A DNA stretch of 58,291 nt, counting the filler, from Streblomastix strix (taxonomy: Eukaryota), in the NCBI GenBank assembly GCA_008636045.1. It is 3 parts of 3 records of this genome, joined end to end, with 100 filler letters (N's around TTAATTAATTAA, not from the genome) between each part and the next. Parts side by side here need not be neighbours in the genome. Positions count along the whole stretch, not along the records: positions 1 to 19,365 come from SNRW01000519.1; 2 more parts are not named here. One strand, given 5' to 3'. Shown piece after piece: positions 1 through 11,715 of this stretch. Below the pieces are notes generated by a model, which saw only the letters and a program-made list of their open reading frames with translations, did not search any database and had not been told where the DNA came from. Numbering within the stretch: the stretch's first letter is position 1; each line of letters begins with the position of its first letter. The position numbers and the translations under genes were made by a program.

Positions 1-53
1 AAAATTGCTATAAAAAAGCCAGTCGAGCCGCCAATCTGCCAAATAAATTTTTC
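1..53 (+). repeat. Left terminal inverted repeat (imperfect, possibly truncated by the contig start)
   Basis: AAAATTGCTATAAAAAAGCCAGTCGAGCCGCCAATCTGCCAAATAAATTTTTC aligns to the reverse complement of 18478-18532 (AAAAGTTGTCATAAAAAAGTGTGGCCAACCGGACAAATGGCCAAATAAATTTTTC). Confidence 0.6.
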
Positions 54-213
54 TTGATGAATGGCTTATATAATTGGGATAAAATAATTTAATATATAAT
101 AAATGTAATAATAAATAATAAAATTTATTGACGATAAGGCTTTCAAAGTCGATAAAATAAAACTATAGGATTTTATAAGAAATTTAAATTTTAATTTTAA
201 AAAACAATTTAGT

Positions 214-1272
214 ATGAACAATTTGTAAGAATTATTTGAAAATAAAACTATATCATAATGGTATAAAATTTACTTGGATAATTTCACGAAATACCACGCC
301 GAAAGAATAAAACAAACAACAAAGCCATAAACAAAGCCAAAACAAGTCGTAGAACCCCAGTGAATAACAAATATATTTCGTAGTAAAATTTAAAACAAAA
401 ATGATGTAGTATAAGACATAAAAATAAAGCCAATAAAAAAATATTAAAGACCTTATTTTTCACCAGAGCTTGGGAGCTGGGAAATTGAAATAATTTTTGT
501 AATGCACCAAACGATTAATAAAATTGTATAATAATATTTGTTTTGCATCAATATTAATACCAAATTTTTAGTTGTATTTCCTTTAAAGGATAAAACAGCA
601 AAGGAACTATTAAGATGTATAAAGTAGCTTATAAAAGACTAAAATGTTAGTAATATTCGTTCTGATGGTGAATCTGCTTTAAGTAGCAAACAAATCAAGG
701 AGTTTTTAAAAGAAAATGATATAAAATATTTCTTTAATTCTTCACCTTTCATAAATAAAAATCGAGTTGTTGATTCAATAATAAGAACAATAAGAAACGC
801 ATTTGATAATGACCCATAGCTAATGGCTAATAACAAATAAATATAGCAAGTAGTTGATGAATATAATAACACAAAACATAATGCTTTAAAGCTTTAAAAA
901 TAAACTTTTAGCCCTTCATAAGCTAATTATAATGAAAATTTAGAAGGTATATTTATACATATGAAAATGGAGTAGTTAAAAGATATAAAGGACTAATAAA
1001 ACAAAAATAAACAGCTAGATTTAACAAAATATAATATAATAATGATACATTTGGACTTATCGAAAACACCTCATGGATTTTAAACGAAAAGAAGGTAATT
1101 TAATGAGATAGCAACATTTATAAAATATGAGCATGGTAATGTTATATGTGAGTTGCTAAAACCATATAAAGATATAAAAACAGTTGAAGTTCCAGTATAT
1201 TATACTCATAAAGTTGCTGACAATATTGATGTATTACCTGAAAAATATAATAGAACCTTTTAATTATTTTGA
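214..1272 (+). pseudogene. rve-family (retroviral-like) integrase, one in-frame TGA at 361-363
   Basis: Code-6 translation: RPYFSPELGSWEIEIIF...YLFCININTKFLVVFPLKDKT...NIRSDGES...NKNRVVDSIIRTIR...YNNTKH, the rve core pattern. Confidence 0.85.
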
Positions 1273-1297
1273 TTTATTTTTTTTATTAGTATAATAA

Positions 1298-1615
1298 ATG
1301 GAAGATATAAAAATTGAAAAATAAATATTAAAAGCTGTAAGACCTAAAAAATATTAAACAGAAGATTAAGTAAAAAATATTGCAAGATAATAACGCAAAG
1401 AATATAAAGCTAGAAAAAGCGAGGAGTTAAAAAAGTTTAACCTATAAGCTTCTACTCTACAAATATAAGTAATAAAATTATTAGGTAAAATAGTGTTAGA
1501 TAACGAAGATATAATAAAAATAAACGATATGATACAAAAGAAAATAAAACAAAATGAAATTATAAAAGCTAACGATTTATTGAAAAATGAAGCACCACAA
1601 ACTCCTTTATCATGA
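1298..1615 (+). CDS. Viral hypothetical protein, 105 aa, basic
   Basis: Open ATG-to-TGA frame in code 6 with TAAATG start context. Confidence 0.6.
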
Positions 1616-2667
1616 TTTCTTTTTCTTATTTTTGCCGTATTTATTCTTTAATTATTTTTATGCTTCTAAAGACTTTTATAACTAGCATGTTGGCATATAA
1701 TTTTTATGTTTTGGTGGCCTATTCATTCTGTCTTCTTTCAGCATTAAATCCTTCTTTGTTTGTAAATATAATTGTCCCCCTTCATTCATGTAATATCCAA
1801 CCTTTTTTGTGGCATATGGTGTTTTGCTATAATACTGATTTACTGGGGCAGTTCCCCAATTTAATCCTTTTATAAAATATTCTACACCCTTTTGTGTTTG
1901 TGCGTTATCTTGCTATAAAATTTATCCTTCAACTTATTTTTCTCTCTAATATTGTTGCTACTCATTTATTGGATTAATTTGCTATGATTAGTCCGTAAAA
2001 CTTTATAGTTAGTATTCAAAAGCATCTGGTGTATTATCAAAACCCTACGTTTAATAAATATTATCTTTTTCCTTTACCTTTTCCTTTTCCTTTTCTTAAT
2101 GAGACCCAAACATATATTACATCAAATCATCTTCTTTATTAATGCCTTTTGGAGGTGCTGTTGCACGTAATGATGGTTAAGGAAACGCATGGCTTCCTAT
2201 ATCATTTGTCAGTTCATTTGCTCTAGCATTTATACCTAGGGATTAATCACTCATTGCCGCGTTTCTATAAACACCTTATAATGGACCATGAACACCTCGT
2301 ATATATATTCATCTAAATCTCTATAATATTGTATGAAATCATTTGAATCAATCCCATCAAAATGTCTTTACTTTCTTGTCGCACCTTTCATACCTTCAAA
2401 AGCTGCTTCGACATCTCCATGGGTAATATTAAGGTCATACTATCTTACTTAATTAATATAATCCTATCTTTACTTACAACTACCTGGACCTAGTTTTTTA
2501 ACAGCTTCCGATTGTTTTAATTCATCTAATATAGAGGTTATTTTACTTACATTTCGTGGTTAAACTTATTGACCCTTATGTATATACGGCTTTTTTGATT
2601 CAATAAATTCACTAACACGTGTTTTAGGTATTGCTTTTTTAACTGGTGCAACTCTCTTTGATGACAT
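1612..2667 (-). pseudogene. Viral hypothetical protein (~350 codons), frameshifted
   Basis: Starts MSSKRVAPVKKAIPKTRVSEF after TAAAATG. Coding-like segments continue in shifting frames; the 3' end is approximate. Confidence 0.5.
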
Positions 2668-2837
2668 TTTATTTTGTTTAAAATTATATATTCTTATTAA
2701 TATTATTAATAACAAACAAATGGAACATCAATACATATTTTGTGAAATAATCATTATAATTTCAAGTTTCTTGCTTATTATTTCATAATTATCAACCTTT
2801 TAAAATTATTGATTTGTTTGTTTTATTTTTATTAAAT

Positions 2838-3080
2838 ATGGCACAATTAACGCCTCCACGAAAATTGTTGATAATAACATGTGATGAATATAAGGTCTAA
2901 GCAAAATTTCTAAATTCATTAATATCTGTAGCAACAAAAGCACCACCAGAAATAGAACTACGTTTTTTGTTACGATAATTTAATAAACGGTTGAAAATGG
3001 ACTAGTTAAAAGAAATAGTAGATATAGCATCAGAAAATAGCCAAAATGCTGTTATGAAGCTGTTTGAATATTTGGCTTGA
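2838..3080 (+). CDS. Viral hypothetical protein, 80 aa
   Basis: Open frame MAQLTPPRKLLIITCDEYK...LFEYLA* in code 6. Confidence 0.55.
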
Positions 3081-3100
3081 AATTATTTTTTGATAATAAA

Positions 3101-4570
3101 ATGAGTGGACTAGGTTTGCAAATTATAAGCTCTGACTCGGATAAGGATTTTGTACAGTGGGACGCAACGATTCCAAGTGGTTACTAAAGCTTTCAAATTA
3201 ATAGCATTAATAATATACCCATTAATTTAATATTTTATTTAAATGGTGATTATATCGAAATATAGCATAATATTGTATCTTCAGATGAGATGAAAATGTA
3301 TTAGCAAATTAATATATCAAATGATATTTCTAAGCTATAACTTATTGACAAATTACATCCTATAAGATTAAACATGAACACAGCCATTGATAACTGTTTT
3401 ACAAGCGACTAGACGGCATAAGGATATAAATATATGCCTACAGTATTAGCCCTTCCATTAGCCAACATATCGAGCTTTGTTGATACAATGTAGAAACATT
3501 TTAGTACATAAATAAGGTTGAATAGTGGAGAAATATGCTTTAATAATGGAATGAATTAGCAAATATAAAAATTATAAGATAGTGCTTACTAATTAAATTC
3601 AAATTATGGGTAGGATGTTGTTAGCTCAGCAATTAATTACATAAATTTAAGGATTGATGCATTTTTATATCACTACTGGATACTAGAGGCAACCGCTAAT
3701 GTAGTATATAGAACTATGGGGCTAATTCGATTGTATTGTCCTACAACAAATAACTATATAACATCTGTAGAGCCAAAGCAATTTGGAGCATAAAATGGTC
3801 TAGGAGTTAGATTTTTATTTGATAAGTAAGTTGATATAAACCCGAATGGAACATTTACATCATCAGATGTATAATCTATTAATGTATAGCAACAAACAAT
3901 GTAGTAAATTATTAATAATATAAATACGTTTCCGGTAAGATTAATTTGTTCATTACCAGCACTATATATTACTCAATGGTAAGTAATTTATAATTTATTT
4001 GGTAGAAAAAGTTTTTATGGTTAGTTTATCCCAGAGATTATAAGCGATTACGTCAAGACATTACACTCTTACTGGTTTGCTAATAGAATAATTTTATCGC
4101 CTAATTTGTATGTATAACTAGCTGGTGCATAAGACTTATATGATGGTTTAAGTGAAAATGGGGCTAATCAAGTAATAAATTTATCATCTACCATTAAATA
4201 AATAGACCTAGATATATGGTTTTACTAAACAAAATTTGATAATTAAAGCATAGAAACTGATTTACCAATTTTTTGCCTATATATTGGTAATTTTCTTGAA
4301 TATCCACAGATGTTAATAATTAGTGTATCAAACTAGCTATAAGGCATAACCCTTTAATCAATTGGTGGCAATGGGTTTTCAAACGTATGCTTTAAATAAA
4401 ACTTGGTTGATGCACCAGTATTATGGGGGTAAAACATGATGTCTTAATAGTGCTTGATAGTTTAAAATAAGTCTTTGGTAATCACTTTATCTGACAATTT
4501 TGGAAGAAAAATACCTATGCGGTTTATGGATATATACAATAATTTACTACTAGAAATACAATATCAATGA
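3101..4570 (+). CDS. Putative minor capsid (penton) protein, 489 aa
   Basis: Intact code-6 ORF that looks beta-rich. The C-terminus LVITLSDNFGRKIPMRFMDIYNNLLLEIQY resembles the IxIxLxDxxGRxIPF-type end of polinton minor capsid proteins. Confidence 0.6.
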
Positions 4571-4590
4571 TAATTTTTTATATATAATAA

Positions 4591-4914
4591 ATGGATAAAT
4601 TTAATAAAGTTTTGACTACATTTGAACTATCAGTATTACATAATAGTACAGAATTATAGGACATAAAAAGATTTGTAAAACAGCTATAAAATCCATCAAA
4701 TTATACAAAATAGTGTGAAGGAACTATAGGAGTTAATTTGCATACCATTAGTTAAACAATTGTTGAAGTGGTGAATAATGCAAAAGAACAGATAAAGCAT
4801 TATACAAAATTGATGGAAAACAACCTGGAAACGATAAATATTTTACATAATGCGTACCCATAATTATAGCAGGAGTTTGATAACTTTATTGATGAACATT
4901 AAATAACCCTTTGA
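4591..4914 (+). CDS. Viral hypothetical protein, 107 aa
   Basis: Open code-6 frame with TAAATG start context. Confidence 0.55.
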
Positions 4915-4968
4915 ATCATATTTTTTTCTCTTTCCAAAATTATTTTTACACATTTTAATTTTAAATAA

Positions 4969-7900
4969 ATGGCCCCACTCCGTAAATAATAACTATTAGA
5001 TTTAATAAAAATTTTTAAACCTAGATTCGATGAAAAACTGAAGATTTCACAATTAAGAGAAAAATTGGACAGTTATTTATCTTTTCGACGTTATAAGAAA
5101 GGCAAAAATAATTTTAATAAAATCAGCTAATTTATAACGGAAGAGGTAGCCGCAAGTCGTGCATAATCCTAACGAATAAAAGAATAAGGAATATAATGTA
5201 GAAAAATTTAAGCCTCAATTAATAAACAATATTAATATAATTAAGATTTATAAGAATATAGAACAGAATAAGAACAATAAGAAGCAGATGTATTTTGGAC
5301 TGATTACTAAAGATAATAAGCCGAAGAAGCAAAACGAATAACGAATGAAGAACATGATTTGATACTATTATAAGAGTCAAAGAAATTTACAAAACCAGAG
5401 AATTTTAAAGAAATATAAAAGCATTTTATTCTTCCATTATATTTTACAAGCTAATAATAGTACAACGAAATATACGATAAAACTAGAAAAAACGCAGATG
5501 AAAACATCAATTAAATTGAAAATGAGAGAGAAACATTGTTATTATTTCCGCCAATTGACAATGAAAAATTTGCTTCAGAGGTTAGACGTGCAAGATCTGG
5601 GTTTTAACGTGAAAGAGAAACCACATCTGACGATGGCATAAGTCCAATATATTATGAAAATTACATAGATTCTTGGGATAAAATTGAGGAATTTGTTGAG
5701 ATAATTTATAGCAAATAAGACCATAGAGCTTTTTAAATACTATTAAATTTTGACATTATAGTGGAAGAATTAAATCATGATAAAAACGGTAATGAAGTTG
5801 AAAGTTATAAACATTTATTACCACGGGAAGCAAGAACCTAAACACATGCACCAAAGAATATATAAATACATGACGATATAGAAGAATAAAAACAATATGT
5901 AAAGGCGGAGATTATTGACATGTAAAATTATAATCTGGATAGAACAAAAGAACGTCATATAGCAATTTATTCAATGATGATTAAAATATTTAAATTGTAA
6001 AAGGTAGTTGTAGGGTCATGTATGAAAGAATTGATTTAAAAACATTGGGTTGGACATAAGAAAGTTTTATATAAAAATAATGGAGAAAATAATATGTGTT
6101 ATTTGGAAGCACTAGCCAAAGCATTAAACCCTGACAAACGCAAGGCCGACGGAGGCGCCGATCAGAAACGATACAAATAGGACTCAATTATATACATTAG
6201 GCGTTAGTATCTTGTTAAGGTATTAGACCTACCTTTCGATGCAAAAAGTAGATAAATGACTGAATTTTTAAAATCATTTGAAAGTTTAGACTTTATGAAA
6301 TATCCTTAACTTATAAAACAAAAGTTTATGATTAATTAGAATATATTTTACTATGACGATGAGCATTAAGTTTATTATTTGAGTGATATAATTAAATATA
6401 TTGATGAAGAACCCGATGAATACTAAGACGAAAAGAATGAACAATTAAATGATACCGACTAAGTCGGCGCTCTATAGAGTATCCCAACCGTTGAAATACT
6501 AATCGTTCAGGATGAAATTGACGGTAAACTTGCGCAACACGCATTTGCTACAGCTAATAAGGAAACGCTGACCGGATTAAAATTTTGTCCATTTTACAAG
6601 TCATAAGGGTTTGATACTAAATGTCCCCACTTCCTAAGAGATTATGAAAAACATACTAAAAAGTGTGAATAAAATGGTGGTAAACTGGTCAAGACTATTT
6701 AATTGGATTAGATATAAAAACCATTTTGTCCACATATCATACAAAACAAAACATACTAATACCTTTTGTCATATGGAAGATAAAAAGAGTTTAAGCCTAC
6801 ATAATACTATATAACATATGACTTTGAAACTGTTGAAAAATTTGTTAATAAATAATTTGGAAAGTCAAGCAAATAAATATCCGAACTAGTGCCTTTGTCT
6901 GTTGCTTCTACTATTAAAAATAAACAAGGTATTCACACTATATATTATGACTTGCGAAATGGAGACGATTTTATAACCCAATGGTTAAAATTGGTGTTCA
7001 ATGAGGCAGTCATCATATAGTAAGATAATCAATATCACACTCCCGCAGGAACAATAGACAAAAACATGCAATATAATGTTGAGGTACCAGTAATTGGGTT
7101 CAATAGTTCAAAGTTTGATTTTTCGCTAATATTCAGGAATTTATAATGTGCTGACTGGGAAATAAAAAGTTATATTGGCAGTTCAGGAATAGCTAAGCAA
7201 ATAGTTGTTTAACATAAGCACCTAGACGTCAAACTTAAATTTATTGATGTGCTGACTTATTACGAACCAATTACTTTAAAAAAAATTTGCATAAACATTC
7301 AACACGGAAATTATTGGATAAAAAGGTGTATTTCATTATAAATTTATAAACACTGATAACTACAAAGAAATTTTAAACTAGTCAGAACCATTTCCAATTG
7401 AATCATTCAACTCTACACTGAAAAATACATCAATGAAATAAGTAGAATATGACTAATATGTGTAAGATACAAAGTTATTCAAAAACAGATGGGAATACCT
7501 TTAATATAGTAACGAACAAGATACTAAAATAATGATAGAACCGATTGATGCTTTGATTCAAATGTATATGAAATTTGACATCGATATGTTTAGTTTTATG
7601 TCAATAGCGGCATGTGCAAATGCAACTAAATATGCACTAGCTTATAAAGAGTTTAATATTAATGGTTTTTATCCTAAGCAAATTGATAAATCACCAAAAT
7701 TTGTTTTATAATAAAAATATTGGAATAGAAAAGCGTATTATTATAAAATTTAGGATTTGCAACAAAAAAGAGATACAACCAATAATGTTTAAGAGTCAGA
7801 TTTCGATTATTTCAAACAACTATTTCAAGATAACAAATGTGTGATTTGTGGCGACGAATTCACACTAAATAATAAGCCAACGCTCGACAGAATCGATAAT

Positions 7901-9579
7901 AAATAGGGTCATTCAAAGGATAATGATTAACCGTGATGTTTATATTGTTATACCTTTTGCTCGAATAAAGACAAAAACATTCCAAAACTATTCATATAAT
8001 TAAGGAGATTTTGCAGCTTTAACCACTTACCAACTAATTTAACAGACATTGACATTTACAAACTAATCAGGTAAGGCATAACTGGTGGATTGTCTAACGT
8101 GATGCATCGGGTTAATATTGCAGGAAAAGATTTTATAAAGAAATTTTGGTATAACAAAGAGACAAAAACATTAACGGTTTTAACATCTGACCATAGAATA
8201 ACACATATAATAGGAACAGATTTCAACTCTTTATATCCCAGTATTATGTCATCAGAACCTCATAAATTTATTAAATAAACAGGTGGTAAAATGTATATGT
8301 GTGGGTCTGTTGTTGGAAAAATATTGAAAAATTCTGAAGAAAATAAGCAAAAAATTATTAATAAAATAAATAACTAAAATAGATATAATAAATGGGGATA
8401 GCTATTTATTGCAGAAATTAAGGGACATATTGATGAGAATTATTTGAACGATTACATTAATTTCCCACCAATTTTAAGGAATTATGAGTGTATGACTAAT
8501 GAAGAAACAATAGGTAAATACATGTACGAGCATATGAAAGATAGCGAAATTAAAACAGATTAAAAGCAGCGGAAACTGACCAATTTGTTATCAACCATGT
8601 ACGGCTACATGTCATTTTCAAGTTATTATTTATGATTTTTAATTGATGACTGTCATTTTATAATTGATGATGTTAAACAGTCGGTTTTATTTGATAAACA
8701 TGACAAGTTCAATGGGTTTATGAAAGAATTTACAAGCCAACGAATTTAGGCAAAAATTAAAGGGTAAAAAGGATTAGAACAATTTTGTAAAATCAATATG
8801 AATAGCTCGTACGGAAATGATGGTATGAGTACTGAGAAATATACAAAGATAAAAATAATAAGTGAAAAATAAACTCTTTAAGCTCATTTATCGAATACTT
8901 TTATGGATGATTAGAAACTAGCCGATGATGTTTATGCATTACAAATGAATCCAGAAACTTGCGCATGTAAAACTTCTTTATAAGTTGCATATTTTGTATT
9001 AGATAACGCAAAGTATTGGTACCTAAATTTCATTTACAATTTCATGCACAAGTGTTTTGACATGGATATGATACATTTTGTAGAAGGAGATACTGATTCA
9101 GCATATTGGGCGGTCAGTGGTGATGAAAATGATGACTATAAATAATAGTTTAAACATTTTATTAATAATTAATAGTTTTATGACGAAAATGCCAAGTATT
9201 TTTTCCCGACGGTTGAAGGTGATTTGTTGGATGAAAAAAAGATACTTGGGTTAGCTATTGAACGAGAGGGTACAGAAATCGTTGCTTTAGCTCTTAAAAT
9301 TATTATATAAAAATTGGTGATAAGGAAAAAATAAAATTAAAGGGAATAAATTAAACAACTAATAAAATTACTAAAGATTAAATAATGGATAATATAACTA
9401 ATGGAATTATAACAAAATGTACAAATATGCGGTTAAGATAAAAGAATTACCAAATTTCAAAACTATCAACCGAGAAAAATGGAATAACAGGAATACATAC
9501 AAAAATGGTGGTACTAAGTGATTAATCATGTTGTCCTTATATTTATGGCTTAAAAGCAAGCGATTATATATTCTAATGA
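4969..9579 (+). pseudogene. polB: Protein-primed family B DNA polymerase (~1530 codons), disrupted
   Basis: ExoI YITYDFET (~6817), ExoII VIGFNSSKFD (~7090), GITGG (~8075), motif A DFNSLYPSIM (~8220), motif B KINMNSSYG (~8790), motif C EGDTDS (~9083). Frameshifts near 7280 and 9297; TGA at 7934 and 8633. Confidence 0.95.
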
Positions 9580-9590
9580 AAAAATAAAAA

Positions 9591-9959
9591 TCAAACCATT
9601 TATTTTTATGGTTTATTTAATAATTTGAGGTATAAAATATAACGAAAATGCTGAGCTAATTCCAAATCTTTACTAATAATGGCATCATTCAAAAATTGTT
9701 CTATTTGTTATACGGATAATTAACTCCAATGAATTTACGGTTCGTTCTTGCCCATTTTTCTTTTATAAAAAAATTATATAATATAAACTATTATATTTAG
9801 TGGTACCAATACTATATCAAAATAGCCCCATAATTTTTTAATTAAATTAACTGTATCGATTAATTGTTCAGGAATAGAAACAGACAAAACAGATATAATA
9901 AAATTAACACCATAAAATATGTACTTCATTAGACTCATAAACAAATTCAATAAGTTCAT
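9591..9959 (-). CDS. Viral hypothetical protein, 122 aa, hydrophobic N-half
   Basis: Track ORF 9774-9959 extends through TAA(Gln) to TGA at 9591. It could instead be two small genes (second ATG at 9755). Confidence 0.4.
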
Positions 9960-9977
9960 TTTATTATTTTTAAAAAC

Positions 9978-10987
9978 ATGACACTACAAGAGATACAAAA
10001 CAAATCATTTTCGAACTAGGATTTACTAAACGAATATAAAACCAGACCATTAACCAAAAACTCCTTATTCCTCGTTAATGGAAACCATTATATTGTTGGA
10101 TCTGTTGGTTCAGGTAGAACAACATTAATGTCCAAGCTAACAGTAATATACTAAAAAGTAATCAATCCTTACATATTATACTTTTCAAATTTTGGTGCTG
10201 ACGAGACAATGGCTTTAAATCTTAACAGTAAAAATATATCATTAACCAATATAACATATGGGGAAGCAATGTTGTTTTTACCAGAATTTGATGAAATAAA
10301 ATATTCAACAAAAGAGGTATATTCTTGGTACAAATTGCATGAGTAAGGTTTCAAATATACTAGTGATTTTATAAAAAGAGTGGAAGAAAAAATAATATAA
10401 TAAAATACAGTTAAAACTAATGAAAGGCCAGAAGTTTATTTAAAACGAATAGCTGATTTATTCAAATAATATGTCATGGAAACCATTAATAAATATAGCA
10501 AGCCATTTAAAATATTTCGTTTTGATATTCCAGCACTTATATAAAATATTAGCTATGAAAAGAAAATGAAGGTAATTGATGATAAACAAACAGCTGATAT
10601 ATAAATAATGAAAATAACAGTACTTTTTAAAGCATAATAATAAATACACTGATGGTTTTTGATGATATTGGAAGTAATGCCGATATCCAACGTTTTAATT
10701 CTTCACTCGCTAAATCAATTACCCATTTGGTTAGTGATTCAAAGCATTCGAAAAATACGATATTTTTCATAGTATAAAGACCGAGTTATTTGTTTAAAAC
10801 TGCAAGGATATTATCCCATATAATAGCTATAGGCGTTAATCTTGGAGAGAGTGATTTAAAACAAGTATATGTAGAAAACACGATATAAAACCTTGATTTT
10901 GAAGAGTTTTTGCTGCTATATTCTACATTATAAAAATATGAATTTATTATTTTAAACAAGCTTTTCAGCAAGTATGAAATATTGCGA
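9978..10987 (+). pseudogene. A32/FtsK-HerA-type DNA packaging ATPase, frameshifted
   Basis: Walker A YIVGSVGSGRTT, Walker B TLMVFDDIG, and SKHSKNTIFFIVQ corresponding to the A32 GRH...Q region. Frameshift near 10600; the probable ancestral stop now reads CGA at 10985. Confidence 0.85.
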
Positions 10988-11013
10988 AATTTATTATTTT
11001 GTATGTAAATAAA

Positions 11014-11262
11014 ATGGATAAATTGTATTAATTAGCCACAAACATTGGCCTATAATATAATGCTACGGACTATGAAATTTTCAAAATTTTTGAAGCTTTA
11101 ATTGAAAATAATGATTTGAATGACTAAGAAAAATAAATATACCATTAATTTAAAATCCATTATTCATTTCTCGAATCTTTGCAAGATAAAATAGTGTAAA
11201 TAATAAATTACATTCAATACCTCAATTTATTGATGCGGTTAAATTCATCTAATAAAAAATGA
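11014..11262 (+). CDS. Viral hypothetical protein, 82 aa
   Basis: Open code-6 frame with TAAAATG start context. Confidence 0.5.
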
Positions 11263-11674
11263 CCAAACCACTATTTTATTTATCATTAACGAAGTCAATA
11301 TACATTTATTTTTCCTGTTCATTTGCTTCAGATATAATGTATTTTTTTTGTTATGGTTGATTATTTTAATCCAATTGTTTTTTAATAAAATTGTACTTAT
11401 TTTTGTAATATTTTTCTTACTCGTTGAACAGTTTATTTTTATAATCTTCTTCATCAACATATCGCTTTATTTGTTGCTATTTGTTTTACTAATTCATGAA
11501 CTACTTATTTATTCTTGTTAATTCTTAGAATAATGGGTGTTGTATTATTTCTTTGCTTATTATTAACAATTTTTGTAGTGCGTCAATCGTTGCCTTTATT
11601 GATTCATCATTTTCAAAATTTTACTCAATTACTTCATTAAACAATTATTTTATAGGGTCTTTGCACGAAGTCAT
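11222..11674 (-). pseudogene. Conserved viral hypothetical protein, frameshifted; homologue of 57270-57713
   Basis: KYIISEANEQEKQMYIDFV matches QYILTEAQDEEKQIYNTFV in element 2. Confidence 0.5.
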
Positions 11675-11715
11675 TTATTTAAAAATAAATTGTTGCATGA
11701 CATGAATGAAGAGAA

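Noticed and set aside
7270..10650. Programmed ribosomal frameshifting in PolB or the ATPase
   Set aside because: The shifts lie in homopolymer or AT runs, are accompanied by nonsense codons and do not appear to be shared between the two PolB genes.
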